64,000 nucleotides of DNA from Escherichia phage vB_EcoM-PM133. The notes under the pieces were generated by a model. The model did no database searches and was not told the DNA's origin. It worked only from the letters and a program-made list of their open reading frames with translations. The position numbers and the translations under genes were made by a program. Numbering within the stretch: the first letter of the stretch is position 1; every line of letters starts with the position of its first letter. The stretch lies in the sequence record MZ234052.1; one strand, 5' to 3'. Shown piece after piece: positions 1-10,639 of this stretch.

Positions 1-8
1 TTTATTGG

Positions 9-338
9 ATGGCTCGAGGAGAGCGTGACAATATTCCAAAAACTGCTCAGCGAGTTTATACATGGAATGATGTAGAAAATAAGCTTTTTTCACCGAAGGA
101 AAATAAAGAAAGTTTTGATAGTGAAAAAGCTATAAAAGATGTAATTGAAAAGATGATTAAAAACGATTCTTTTCCTTGGAACACTACCTGGAGAACTCCT
201 GGATTTAATCCTTATAATCCATATCATCCATATCAGACGCATCCGTTTCAGACATGGAACTATATTAAACCCGGTGGCATAGAGTATTTGTATAATAGAC
301 CTACTGGTGCTAATAATATTTTCCAAGGAGCATTCTAA
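9..338 (+). CDS. hypothetical protein (gene 30.x position); may be 5'-truncated by window edge
   Basis: 109-aa ORF, frame open to window start; stop overlaps next start (TAATG). Confidence 0.4.
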   Translation: MARGERDNIPKTAQRVYTWNDVENKLFSPKENKESFDSEKAIKDVIEKMIKNDSFPWNTTWRTPGFNPYNPYHPYQTHPFQTWNYIKPGGIEYLYNRPTGANNIFQGAF

Positions 339-607
339 TGTTTGTTGTTCACACTATTTATGAAAATGAAGGTAATACTACGCGTGATTACGGTCACGTA
401 AATCAATTTTTTAGATGCAATCCAGAATTCCGAGCTCAAAAAGACGAACGAATTTTTAAAAAATGTGTAGAGCAAGGTTTCATTTACGTCAAGCACTGGA
501 TGCAAGGAAATAAAGTTAGAACCACGTACCACAGGTCTTTGACTGAGCTTAATGATGAATTGATTTATAATAGAGCTGTAAACCAAACTCTAAAGGATGA
601 ACAATGA
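338..607 (+). CDS. hypothetical protein (gene 30.x position)
   Basis: 89-aa ORF, start/stop overlaps with neighbours typical of T4 early operons. Confidence 0.45.
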   Translation: MFVVHTIYENEGNTTRDYGHVNQFFRCNPEFRAQKDERIFKKCVEQGFIYVKHWMQGNKVRTTYHRSLTELNDELIYNRAVNQTLKDEQ

Positions 608-2067
608 TTCTTAAAATTCTGAACGAAATAGCATCTATTGGTTCAACTAAGCAGAAGCAAGCAATTCTTGAAAAGAATAAAGATAATGAATTGCTTAAAC
701 GAGTATATCGTCTGACTTATTCTCGTGGGTTACAGTATTATATCAAGAAATGGCCTAAACCTGGTATTGCTACCCAGAGTTTTGGAATGTTGACTCTTAC
801 TGATATGCTTGACTTCATTGAATTCACGTTAGCTACTCGGAAATTGACTGGAAATGCGGCAATTGAAGAATTAATTGGTTATATTACTGACGGTAAAAAA
901 GATGATGTTGAAGTTTTGCGTCGAGTGATGATGCGAGACCTTGAATGTGGTGCTTCAGTATCTATTGCAAACAAAGTTTGGCCAGGTTTAATTCCTGAAC
1001 AACCTCAAATGCTCGCAAGTTCTTATGATGAAAAAGGCATTAATAAGAATATCAAATTTCCAGCCTTTGCCCAGTTAAAAGCTGATGGAGCTCGGTGCTT
1101 TGCCGAAGTCAGAGGTGATGAATTAGATGACGTTCGTCTTTTATCACGAGCTGGTAATGAATATCTAGGATTAGATCTTCTTAAGGAAGAATTAATCAAA
1201 ATGACCGCTGAAGCCCGCCAGATTCATCCAGAAGGCGTGTTAATTGATGGCGAATTGGTATACCATGAGCAAGTTGAAAAGGAGCCAGAAGGCCTAGATT
1301 TTCTTTTTGATGCTTATCCTGAAAACAGTAAAGCTAAAGAATTCGCCGAAGTAGCTGAATCACGTACTGCATCTAATGGCATCGCCAATAAATCTTTAAA
1401 GGGAACCATTTCTGAAAAAGAAGCACAATGCATGAAGTTTCAGGTCTGGGATTATGTACCGTTGGTAGAAATATACGGTCTTCCTGCATTTCGTTTGAAA
1501 TATGATGTACGTTTTTCTAAACTAGAACAAATGACATCAGGCTATGATAAAGTAATTTTAATTGAAAACCAGGTAGTAAATAACCTAGACGAAGCCAAGG
1601 TAATTTATAAAAAGTATATTGACCAAGGTCTTGAAGGTATTATTCTCAAAAATATCGATGGATTATGGGAAAATGCTCGTTCAAAAAATCTCTATAAATT
1701 TAAAGAAGTAATTGATGTTGATTTAAAAATTGTAGGAATTTATCCTCACCGTAAAGACCCTACTAAAGCAGGTGGATTTATTCTTGAGTCAGAGTGTGGA
1801 AAAATTAAAGTAAATGCTGGTTCAGGCTTAAAAGATAAAGCCGGTGTAAAATCGCATGAACTTGACCGTACTCGCATTATGGAAAACCAAAATTATTATA
1901 TTGGAAAAATTCTAGAGTGCGAATGCAACGGTTGGTTAAAATCTGATGGCCGCACTGATTACGTTAAATTATTTCTTCCGATTGCGATTCGTTTGCGTGA
2001 AGATAAAACTAAAGCTAATACATTCGAGGATGTATTTGGTGATTTTCATGAGGTAACTGGTTTATGA
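604..2067 (+). CDS. 30: ATP-dependent DNA ligase (T4 gp30-like)
   Basis: 487 aa as in T4 ligase; adenylation motif KADGAR present (AQLKADGARCF). Confidence 0.95.
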   Translation: MILKILNEIASIGSTKQKQAILEKNKDNELLKRVYRLTYSRGLQYYIKKWPKPGIATQSFGMLTLTDMLDFIEFTLATRKLTGNAAIEELIGYITDGKKDDVEVLRRVMMRDLECGASVSIANKVWPGLIPEQPQMLASSYDEKGINKNIKFPAFAQLKADGARCFAEVRGDELDDVRLLSRAGNEYLGLDLLKEELIKMTAEARQIHPEGVLIDGELVYHEQVEKEPEGLDFLFDAYPENSKAKEFAEVAESRTASNGIANKSLKGTISEKEAQCMKFQVWDYVPLVEIYGLPAFRLKYDVRFSKLEQMTSGYDKVILIENQVVNNLDEAKVIYKKYIDQGLEGIILKNIDGLWENARSKNLYKFKEVIDVDLKIVGIYPHRKDPTKAGGFILESECGKIKVNAGSGLKDKAGVKSHELDRTRIMENQNYYIGKILECECNGWLKSDGRTDYVKLFLPIAIRLREDKTKANTFEDVFGDFHEVTGL

Positions 2068-2252
2068 AAGCTTACTTAGAAACAATTGTCATTGCTCAAA
2101 AAGAAGGTGGAGATGTTTCTACTTCTGTATCACAAGTCATTCTCGAATTTGTAGATGCATACGCTTATAATAAATTCACAGAAACATTTGATGCCTATGA
2201 AAAAGGTCCAAAGTTTGAAATATACCGTACTCTCTTACCACTAGATTATTAA
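2064..2252 (+). CDS. hypothetical small protein
   Basis: 62-aa ORF overlapping ligase stop (ATGA); followed by hairpin terminator. Confidence 0.45.
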   Translation: MKAYLETIVIAQKEGGDVSTSVSQVILEFVDAYAYNKFTETFDAYEKGPKFEIYRTLLPLDY

Positions 2253-2274
2253 AGGCCTTCGGGCCTTTAATTTT
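2251..2274 (+). terminator. rho-independent terminator-like hairpin (AAAGGCC ttcg GGCCTTT + T-run)
   Basis: GC stem-loop followed by TTTT. Confidence 0.5.
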
Positions 2275-2281
2275 ATAAATA
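2274..2281 (+). promoter_or_regulatory. T4-type late promoter motif TATAAATA upstream of alt
   Basis: exact TATAAATA about 24 nt upstream of the alt ATG. Confidence 0.5.
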
Positions 2282-2304
2282 GAATAAACACTAGAGAGGC
2301 TATG

Positions 2305-4359
2305 ATGGAACTTATTACAGAATTATTTGACGAAGATACTACTCTTCCGATTACAAACTTAAATCCAAAGAAGAAAATACCGCAAATTTTTTCAGTTCAT
2401 GTTGATGATGCAATTGAACAACCAGGCTTTCGTTTATGTACCTATACATCTGGAGGTGATACTAATCGCGATTTAAAGATGGGCGATAAAATGATGCATA
2501 TTGTTCCTTTTACATTAACTGCTAAAGGTTCAATTGCTAAATTAAAAGGTCTTGGTCCAAGCCCAATTAATTATATCAATTCAGTTTTTACTGTTGCGAT
2601 GCAAACAATGCGTCAGTATAAAATTGATGCCTGTATGCTTCGTATTCTTAAGTCTAAAACCGCTGGTCAAGCTCGACAAATTCAAGTTATTGCTGATAGA
2701 CTTATCCGTAGTCGTTCAGGTGGCAGATACGTCCTTCTTAAGGAACTCTGGGATTACGATAAAAAGTATGCATATATTCTTATACATCGCAAAAATGTAT
2801 CACTAGAAGACATTCCGGGAGTTCCGGAAATTAGTACTGAGCTCTTTACTAAAGTTGAATCGAAGGTCGGTGATGTTTATATCAATAAAGATACTGGAGC
2901 TCAAGTAACTAAAAATGAGGCAATTGCAGCATCTATTGCGCAAGAAAATGATAAACGTTCTGACCAAGCTGTAATCGTTAAAGTTAAAATTTCCCGTAGA
3001 GCAATTGCGCAAAGTCAATCATTGGAATCTTCTAGATTTGAAACGCCGATGTTTCAAAAATTTGAGGCTTCAGCAGCAGAATTAAATAAACCTGCTGACG
3101 CTCCTTTAATTTCTGACGCTAATGAATTAACTGTTATTTCTACTTCAGGATTTGCATTAGAGAATGCTCTTAGTAGTGTTACAGCTGGAATGGCATTCAG
3201 AGAAGCTTCTATAATTCCTGAAGATAAAGAATCTGATGTTAATGCAGAAATAAAAAATAAAGCTTTAGAAAGATTACGAAAAGAATCTATTACTTCAATA
3301 AAAACTTTAGAAACTATTGCTTCTATAGTTGATGATACTTTAGAAAAATATAAAGGTGCTTGGTTAGAAAGAAACATTAACAAGCATTCGCATTTAAATC
3401 AAGATGCTGCGAATGAGTTAGTACAAAATTCTTGGAATGCAATAAAAACAAAGATTATTCGAAGAGAATTGCGTGGATATGCTCTTACCGCTGGATGGTC
3501 ACTACATCCTATAGTCGAAAATAAAGATTCATCTAAATACACACCGGCACAAAAACGCGGAATTCGTGAATACGTAAGTTCAGGATATGTAGACATAAAT
3601 AACGCTCTTTTGGGATTATATAATCCAGATGAGCGTACAAGTATTTTGACAGCATCTGATATAGAAAAAGCTATTGATAATTTAGATTCTGCCTTTAAAA
3701 ATGGTGAACGATTACCAAAAGGTATTACTTTGTATCGTTCACAACGAATGTTACCTTCAATATATGAAGCACTGGTAAAAAATCGAGTTTTTTATTTTAG
3801 AAATTTTGTGTCAACATCATTATATCCAAATATTTTTGGTACCTGGATGACTGATTCATCTGTGGGTGTTTTACCAGACGAAAAGCGTTTAAGTGTTTCT
3901 ATTGATAAAACTGATGAAGGACTAGTAAATTCTAGCGATAATTTAGTTGGAATTGGATGGGTTATTACTGGGGCTGATAAAGTCAATGTTGTTTTACCAG
4001 GTGGAAGTTTAGCACCTTCAAATGAAATGGAAGTCATTTTGCCACGTGGATTAATGGTCAAAGTTAATAAAATAACCGATGCATCTTACAATGATGGAAC
4101 AGTTAAAACTAACAACAAGCTTATTCAAGCTGAAGTTATGACCACAGAAGAACTCACCGAATCGGTAATTTATGACGGTGACCGTCTAATGGAAACCGGC
4201 GAAGTAGTTACAATGACAGGTGATATTGAAATAGAAGACAGAGTTGATTTTGCATCATTTGTTTCATCAAATGTTAAACAGAAAGTAGAATCATCTCTTG
4301 GAATTATTGCGTCTTGTATAGATATTGCAAACATGCCTTACAAGTTCGTTCAAGGATAA
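2305..4359 (+). CDS. alt: Alt-type ADP-ribosyltransferase (capsid-packaged, injected)
   Basis: about 684 aa; N-terminus MELITELFDE (protease-cleavable leader); R/STS/E ART motifs (LYRSQ, FVSTS, EVILPRG); SD GAGAGG before second ATG. Confidence 0.85.
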   Translation: MELITELFDEDTTLPITNLNPKKKIPQIFSVHVDDAIEQPGFRLCTYTSGGDTNRDLKMGDKMMHIVPFTLTAKGSIAKLKGLGPSPINYINSVFTVAMQTMRQYKIDACMLRILKSKTAGQARQIQVIADRLIRSRSGGRYVLLKELWDYDKKYAYILIHRKNVSLEDIPGVPEISTELFTKVESKVGDVYINKDTGAQVTKNEAIAASIAQENDKRSDQAVIVKVKISRRAIAQSQSLESSRFETPMFQKFEASAAELNKPADAPLISDANELTVISTSGFALENALSSVTAGMAFREASIIPEDKESDVNAEIKNKALERLRKESITSIKTLETIASIVDDTLEKYKGAWLERNINKHSHLNQDAANELVQNSWNAIKTKIIRRELRGYALTAGWSLHPIVENKDSSKYTPAQKRGIREYVSSGYVDINNALLGLYNPDERTSILTASDIEKAIDNLDSAFKNGERLPKGITLYRSQRMLPSIYEALVKNRVFYFRNFVSTSLYPNIFGTWMTDSSVGVLPDEKRLSVSIDKTDEGLVNSSDNLVGIGWVITGADKVNVVLPGGSLAPSNEMEVILPRGLMVKVNKITDASYNDGTVKTNNKLIQAEVMTTEELTESVIYDGDRLMETGEVVTMTGDIEIEDRVDFASFVSSNVKQKVESSLGIIASCIDIANMPYKFVQG

Positions 4360-4362
4360 ATC

Positions 4363-6420
4363 ATGGAACTTATTACAGAATTATTTGACGGCGCTTCGGC
4401 GCCGGTTGTTAACTTAAATCCTAAGCATAAAATACCACAAATTTTTGCTATTCAAGCCGGCGAAGAAAGCGTGCTTCCTGGATTTAGATTTTGTACATAC
4501 ACCTCTGGTGGTGATACGAATAAAAACGTTAAGCCAGGCGATAAAATGATGCATATCGTAATGATAGGTGTTAATGAGAAACTATCATTAGTTAAGCTTA
4601 AAAACTTGGGTGGAAATCCAATTGGTGTCATTAATGCCGTTTTTGATACTGCTCTTCAAACAATGAAACAGTATAAAATCGACGCATGCCTATTCCGCGT
4701 ACTAAAAAGTAAAACAAATGGCGCAGCTCGTCAAATGCAAGTTATTGCTGACCGTTTAGTACGTACTAAAGGAGCAGGTCGATATGTTCTTTTAAAGGAA
4801 ATCTGGGACTATGATAAGAAATATGCATATATTATGGTTTACCGTAAAAATGCCAATTTAGAAGACATTCCAGGTGTACCTCCTATTTCAACTGAGTTAT
4901 TCACAAAAGTTGAATCAAAGGTCGGTGATGTTTATGTAGACGTTAAAACAGGAAATGCTGTTCCTAAAGCTGTCGCTGTTGCTGCTTCTATTGCTTTAGA
5001 AAATGATAAGCGCACGGACCAAGCTGTTATTCAGAAAACTAAAATCAGTCGTCGATTAGCAGCACAAGCTCAATATTCTACTGTTGATGCTTCACTTCAG
5101 GGTGATAGCTTTGCTGCCAAGAAATATCAAGAGTTTGAATCTAAAGTTCCGGTATATAAAGCAGAAGGTCCGATGAACTCTGGCGTTATCCAGATTGGTT
5201 CAAACTTCAGCAAAGGAGCTATCGGTGGTATGAGAAGTGCTTCTCGTTTTAAATCTAACGATTATGAACTAGAAAGCTTCCGAAATCATATTGCATTGGC
5301 CCATGCACGTTTACGTGATCCATCTATCAAGTTGCAGAGCGATATAACATATCAAGGTTCTCAAGAATATTTAAAGAATAAAGAATTCTTTGATTATAAA
5401 ACTGATAAAATTTTAAGCGATCTTGCTGACATTAATATTTCTAATAGCTTTGATGTTATTAAGAAAATTATCAATGATTTGGTTAAAGGTTCTAAAGCCA
5501 CGCCAGATGAAAAGACAGCTATTATTCAATTTGTAATGAATGGCATTTATAAATTGATTAATGAATCTGCTGCCCAGGCATATGAATACGCAAGCACCGA
5601 AGTAGCTCCAAAAGGACTGACTCAGGCTGAATCTGATGTAATTGAAGATTATTGTGCAGATTCATATGTTGAAATGAACTCGTTCCTTTTGGGTAAACCA
5701 GATTCTACCCGTGAAGAATACATGGAACGAGCTATTAAGCACATCGAGACGTTAGATTCTGCCTTTGCCAAAGGATCAGTTCTTCCTCCAGGAACTACAC
5801 TTTACCGTGGGCAAGAAGTTACCTTTAAAACTTTGCGTCATAACATTGAAAATAAAATGTTCTATTTCAAGAACTTCGTATCCACATCGCTTAAACCAAA
5901 TATCTTCGGTGAGCATGGTAAAAACTATATGGCTCTAGATGATTCTGGCGCAGTATTTTCTGGCGAAGGAGAAGGTTCCGTTGATACAGAAGATTTGATG
6001 CATATGGGTAGTCATTCTACATATGCTAATGAAGATGCTGAAACTAGCGTGGGTATGGTAATTAAAGGAGCTGAGCGAATCAAAGTTATCGTTCCAGGTC
6101 ATTTATCAGGATTTCCATCAGAAGCTGAAGTTATTCTACCACGTGGAATTTTACTGAAGATTAATAAAGTAAGTACGTACTTTATGAAAGAAACTGCTTA
6201 TAACAAGTATCTAATCGAAGGTACAATCGTTCCTCCTTCTGAACAATTAGAAGAATCAGTATATGATGGAGACCATCTAATGGAAACTGGTGAAGTTCGT
6301 CCAATGGCTGGATTTAATCAATTCCTTGTAGAAGAATCAAAAGAAGAGGAAAATGAAGTTTCTCAAATCTTGGCTTCTTTGGTTAACATCAACGGAATGT
6401 CTAAAAAGTTCAAAATGTAG
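4363..6420 (+). CDS. second Alt-type ADP-ribosyltransferase (diverged tandem paralog)
   Basis: 685 aa; N-terminal ~200 aa closely similar to upstream Alt, central region unrelated, C-terminal ART motifs retained (LYRGQ, FVSTS, EVILPRG). Confidence 0.8.
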   Translation: MELITELFDGASAPVVNLNPKHKIPQIFAIQAGEESVLPGFRFCTYTSGGDTNKNVKPGDKMMHIVMIGVNEKLSLVKLKNLGGNPIGVINAVFDTALQTMKQYKIDACLFRVLKSKTNGAARQMQVIADRLVRTKGAGRYVLLKEIWDYDKKYAYIMVYRKNANLEDIPGVPPISTELFTKVESKVGDVYVDVKTGNAVPKAVAVAASIALENDKRTDQAVIQKTKISRRLAAQAQYSTVDASLQGDSFAAKKYQEFESKVPVYKAEGPMNSGVIQIGSNFSKGAIGGMRSASRFKSNDYELESFRNHIALAHARLRDPSIKLQSDITYQGSQEYLKNKEFFDYKTDKILSDLADINISNSFDVIKKIINDLVKGSKATPDEKTAIIQFVMNGIYKLINESAAQAYEYASTEVAPKGLTQAESDVIEDYCADSYVEMNSFLLGKPDSTREEYMERAIKHIETLDSAFAKGSVLPPGTTLYRGQEVTFKTLRHNIENKMFYFKNFVSTSLKPNIFGEHGKNYMALDDSGAVFSGEGEGSVDTEDLMHMGSHSTYANEDAETSVGMVIKGAERIKVIVPGHLSGFPSEAEVILPRGILLKINKVSTYFMKETAYNKYLIEGTIVPPSEQLEESVYDGDHLMETGEVRPMAGFNQFLVEESKEEENEVSQILASLVNINGMSKKFKM

Positions 6421-6480
6421 TTTACAAGTCCCTCGTGTTGTGTTATAGTAGTCTTACTGACATAACATGAGGAACACAAA

Positions 6481-6771
6481 ATGAAATCTTCTTTGCGCTT
6501 TTTAGGTCAAGAACTTGTAGTTGAAGGAGTTATTCCTGCTGATAACGTTTTTAATGAAGCAGTTTATGATGAATTTATCAAAATTTTTGGAACAGATAAA
6601 AAGTTCGGAATTTTTCCTTCTGAAAATTTTTCAAAGCCAGAACAGACTGAAAGTATTTTCCAAGGTGTAGTAACAGGTAAATTTGAGTCAGAAGCTCCGG
6701 TAAAAATTGAGGTTTATATTGAAGAAACCTCTGTTGCTTCAGTTGCTGCTTTTATTTCATTCCGTAAATAA
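6481..6771 (+). CDS. hypothetical protein
   Basis: 96-aa ORF followed by bidirectional terminator. Confidence 0.5.
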   Translation: MKSSLRFLGQELVVEGVIPADNVFNEAVYDEFIKIFGTDKKFGIFPSENFSKPEQTESIFQGVVTGKFESEAPVKIEVYIEETSVASVAAFISFRK

Positions 6772-6773
6772 AA

Positions 6774-6797
6774 TATGGGGACCTTTCGGTCCCCATT
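6774..6797. terminator. bidirectional terminator hairpin (GGGGACC tttc GGTCCCC) between convergent genes
   Basis: perfect GC-rich stem, A/T-rich on both flanks. Confidence 0.55.
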
Positions 6798-6798
6798 G

Positions 6799-7764
6799 TT
6801 ATATTGCTCCTAATATTTTACTTTGCGAATTGACAATTCCTGTCATAGTATTAATATTTGAAATGCTTCCTGCAGTTCCCCCTAATCTACTAAGTCGTGA
6901 AAGCGAATTAGATAGTCCAGTAACACCTCCACTATTTCCGAGAACGCTTTGAATACCATTTATAGTAGCAGATTCAAGCCATTCAAGGGCAGCTTGTCTA
7001 TCAACTGCTCCAGCCTGCATCACTCTATACGCAAAAGTAACATCAAATGTAGTTATTTGGTTATCTCCATCATATGATAACTCAGGAGCGCTTACGGACA
7101 CTGGAATGCATCCAGTGAACATCACCGCAGTATGTGGTAATCCATTGCGAGAATGAAGATTAACCTGAATATCTGCCTCGACATCTTGCGGCAAAGCACG
7201 CAATCCAGTTACTGGGTCTTGAACAGCGTTAACCCAGTCTTGCATTGCACGATAGTTACAAGCTTCTGAATCCATTCTGAATGAAATAACCAAAGGGTCT
7301 AATTCTCTCCCAGTTATACGAATATTAGGAGAATTATAGTTCCAGTCAGTTTCATAGGATAATCTATTCTCTGGCATTTTTACAGAGTATATCATCAATC
7401 CAGATGAGTTATATGCCATGTTAAAGAAGTCAATTAAATATGTACCAACTGTAAATGAGCCTAATAAACTTTGAACTGTACGTTGACTCATGGCACCAAT
7501 AAGATATTTACTAACCCCTGATTTTCTTATCAGTTTTTGTGTGCCAGCTGTAATTAGCGTAGTAATTCCCTGATTAATATCGCCTTGAGTTAATCCTAAC
7601 CAATCTGAATTTAGGCCCAAGTTATTATAAGAAAAGTTGCTAATTGAACTTATCAACGAAGAGCTTTTAGTTGATGGAGTTGTAGCAAAAACACAGCTGA
7701 ACATATTATTACGTTGGAAATCTGCGTTTATTGCTTGATTATTAAATTCCTCTAAAGAATACAT
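6799..7764 (-). CDS. 54: baseplate tail-tube initiator (T4 gp54-like)
   Basis: 321 aa, synteny alt/54/48/29. Confidence 0.85.
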   Translation of the reverse strand: MYSLEEFNNQAINADFQRNNMFSCVFATTPSTKSSSLISSISNFSYNNLGLNSDWLGLTQGDINQGITTLITAGTQKLIRKSGVSKYLIGAMSQRTVQSLLGSFTVGTYLIDFFNMAYNSSGLMIYSVKMPENRLSYETDWNYNSPNIRITGRELDPLVISFRMDSEACNYRAMQDWVNAVQDPVTGLRALPQDVEADIQVNLHSRNGLPHTAVMFTGCIPVSVSAPELSYDGDNQITTFDVTFAYRVMQAGAVDRQAALEWLESATINGIQSVLGNSGGVTGLSNSLSRLSRLGGTAGSISNINTMTGIVNSQSKILGAI

Positions 7765-8858
7765 TAAAAAGTCCCCGCATATAAAGAAGCACGGTTTAAC
7801 GTGATAATTTCTCTCATAGTAATCTCGAGAGTAAATGTACTAGGGAGATTTGGAGCAATAGCTAATCCGTTAAAGTTACCATTAGGTGTTTTATCAAATC
7901 TGATACTCTGGATTTGACATGGACCGAATATTTCCGTTTTTCCATCAAACTTAGATGTTGCACCAAAGTTTTTCACCATCCAAATTGTCGGGTTTGAAAC
8001 TACAAGAACGTTAGTTAAACTCGATGTCATTTTCTCAAATAACGTCTTATTTTTAACTGCATCTTCTGGAGTTAACGGCTCAATAAAAGTAGAACGGTAC
8101 CACTCATCTAAATATCCTTTTATTTCAGCAGCATATTGAGATTTACCAGTTTCACCGTAAGAAAAATAGTTAAAATACTGATAGATATTAATAATAGCCA
8201 TTAAATCTTCTGTTGAGCGCGGAGTCAAATCCCAAGTGAACACTTTAGTTCTATTTTCAGCACCGCCGTACATGCTTCTGGCTGTCGTATAAATCTGTTC
8301 ATTATTATCAGCCATTATACCTTGTGTTATACTTTCCAGCGCTCCAAATACTGCGGTTGAAGCCATATTGCTTAGCACACCAGTAGCAGTACCTCCACCT
8401 TTTGTAATAAGACTATCTTGAACATCATTAAATCTATGTGATGACGTATCGACGTCAGATTTAGATCTAGGTAAAAGAATATTTGCAACAGGAACTTTAC
8501 TTATTTTTCCTGAATTATTATCTGATATTAGTCCATTTGATAGTTTTGATACTGTATTACTGATAGTGTTTCTGGCTGTACGTAAAATACTCGAAGATGA
8601 AGAAGAGTAGTTAGATCTCATCGTTCTAAGACTTCCAGAATCCCTAGATGACATATTGTATGCAGTAAATAATAATCCATTCTTATATAGATCTGTTACC
8701 TGGAAGTCCCCTGTAGTGTCATTACCACTAGCACGCCCAGTTGGAAACTGGGCTGTGTATGTTTTAGTTCCTACTTCTGATTTAGTACTCTGTCCGGCTG
8801 AAATTGTTTCACCGGACTTTTTAATTAAATCAGCAGTTATTTCTTTAACAATTGCCAT
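7764..8858 (-). CDS. 48: baseplate tail-tube cap (T4 gp48-like)
   Basis: 364 aa, synteny. Confidence 0.85.
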   Translation of the reverse strand: MAIVKEITADLIKKSGETISAGQSTKSEVGTKTYTAQFPTGRASGNDTTGDFQVTDLYKNGLLFTAYNMSSRDSGSLRTMRSNYSSSSSSILRTARNTISNTVSKLSNGLISDNNSGKISKVPVANILLPRSKSDVDTSSHRFNDVQDSLITKGGGTATGVLSNMASTAVFGALESITQGIMADNNEQIYTTARSMYGGAENRTKVFTWDLTPRSTEDLMAIINIYQYFNYFSYGETGKSQYAAEIKGYLDEWYRSTFIEPLTPEDAVKNKTLFEKMTSSLTNVLVVSNPTIWMVKNFGATSKFDGKTEIFGPCQIQSIRFDKTPNGNFNGLAIAPNLPSTFTLEITMREIITLNRASLYAGTF

Positions 8859-8866
8859 ATTATTCC

Positions 8867-10639
8867 TTAATTAACTCCCGTCGCACCAAATACACCAGGA
8901 GCAGTTGTGCTTGTGACAGGTGTCATATTATGAACGACAGTATTTTTCTTAATAACATTATTAGTATTATTGATTGAAGGAGATGCTTGTTGAACAGGAG
9001 CTTGTTGTGCTTTGTTCTTTTCAATCACCTGGACCTGTTTTGCTTCTGGTGATTTAGCAGAAGTTTCAGGTTTTGCTTCAGGTTGATTTTTCTTGAGCTC
9101 TTGATAAGTGGCATCAATTTTAGCAAATCTAGAAGCAAGTTCTTTTTTAACTGCTGGTGAATTATTTAAATCCGGATCATTCATTCGTTTTTTAAGGTCT
9201 TCATGAGCAGCTTCAATTGATTTAACTGTCGAGTCTTTGCTCATATCAGCTGAATCAGCGTATTTTTCAAAACGAATCATCGCAGCACGAGCTTCATTAG
9301 CTTTCATTAAAGCATTTTTTCTTTCTTCCGGTGAAAGTTGTTTTAATTTTTCTTCTTCTGCTGCACGTTCTTCGTCAGTAGTCAATGCTTCTTTATTATC
9401 TACACCACGAATCCAGTTAGATGCACGAGTTTTCCAGTTCGCAATTTTGTCTAATCCTTTTGCTATTGGGCCAAGATCATCATTCATTCGTTTATCTTGA
9501 TAATTTGCTACTTTTTCTTGGTCTTCTTTATTAAGAGATGCTCCAGTAGAATTTTGGAAATTTTCTAATGCTCTTCCTTCTACTTCATCAGCAGTATCCT
9601 TCATGCCAGGAATGACTCGAAGAATTGCTGCAGATAATTTAGCCATACCTAATTGAATAAGCTCTCCTAAATTATAAAGAACACTTCCAAGCCCTTCAAC
9701 AATAGCTACTGTTAATCCGCCCCAATCTCCAGCTTCCCAGAACTTTTTAATTTCATCAATAGATTCAAAGATGCTTTGTAATAAAGGGCCCCAAGTTCCT
9801 GTTTCGCTTGAGAAAGTTTTAAAATCAGTGCTAAATAAATCCCAGGCTTTTGAAAATTTATCTGACCAGTATTTAAAATGAACCATCAGCAGGTCTATTC
9901 CAATAACAACAGCCATTATCAATGCAACCATTTTAGCAGCTTCAATAGCAGCACTGACGGTATACTTAAATAGCATGCTAGATATTTTATCAGTAATTGA
10001 AATAGATTTCTTAAATCCGAAATCAACTGTCTTTGTTAATTTATCTAAAGCTTGAGATAATTTTAAGTTAAATGCGTCTCTTTTTTGCTTCTCTTCTGGA
10101 GACTCTTGTTTTGGTTCAATTGGCTGAGGAGTAGGGAAAAAATCAGCATCAGGATCATTATTAACTGCTTCAGGAGCCGGTAATAAAGGACCCACAGATT
10201 CAGCTGTATCATCCTCGACGACTTTAACAGGAATAGCATTTTCGACTACTGCTAAACTCGTTCCAGTCTGTTGAATTCCAGCTGTTTGAATTTTTTGTTC
10301 TAATAAACTCGTTAATTTATCTAATTTGCTTCCGAGTGATTCGCCTATTTCTTTATTGATATTATTGCCAATTTCAACAGTCTCGGCAATTAACTCAGAA
10401 CCGGCAGTAGTATCACTTACTGCGCTTTCAACGTTATCAATTGCTCCAACTATTTCATTTGATTTTTCTTCAACAGTCTGAGCTATTAATTCAGAGGCAG
10501 CTTGAGCATCATCTAATTTTGTAGAAATGTCATTAAGACCAGATAAAGTATTAGAAGCGGATTTAGCCGCTTCCTGTGTTGGTTTATTATCTGAAATAAC
10601 TTTTCTACGCATCGTTTGCATTTCTTGTGGCTTTTTCAT
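8867..10639 (-). CDS. 29: tail tape-measure / baseplate hub protein (T4 gp29-like)
   Basis: 590 aa, synteny. Confidence 0.85.
   Translation of the reverse strand: MKKPQEMQTMRRKVISDNKPTQEAAKSASNTLSGLNDISTKLDDAQAASELIAQTVEEKSNEIVGAIDNVESAVSDTTAGSELIAETVEIGNNINKEIGESLGSKLDKLTSLLEQKIQTAGIQQTGTSLAVVENAIPVKVVEDDTAESVGPLLPAPEAVNNDPDADFFPTPQPIEPKQESPEEKQKRDAFNLKLSQALDKLTKTVDFGFKKSISITDKISSMLFKYTVSAAIEAAKMVALIMAVVIGIDLLMVHFKYWSDKFSKAWDLFSTDFKTFSSETGTWGPLLQSIFESIDEIKKFWEAGDWGGLTVAIVEGLGSVLYNLGELIQLGMAKLSAAILRVIPGMKDTADEVEGRALENFQNSTGASLNKEDQEKVANYQDKRMNDDLGPIAKGLDKIANWKTRASNWIRGVDNKEALTTDEERAAEEEKLKQLSPEERKNALMKANEARAAMIRFEKYADSADMSKDSTVKSIEAAHEDLKKRMNDPDLNNSPAVKKELASRFAKIDATYQELKKNQPEAKPETSAKSPEAKQVQVIEKNKAQQAPVQQASPSINNTNNVIKKNTVVHNMTPVTSTTAPGVFGATGVN

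Noticed and set aside
2552-3596. Several 65-109-aa ORFs on either strand inside alt
   Set aside because: Alternative-frame shadows within a long, motif-supported CDS.
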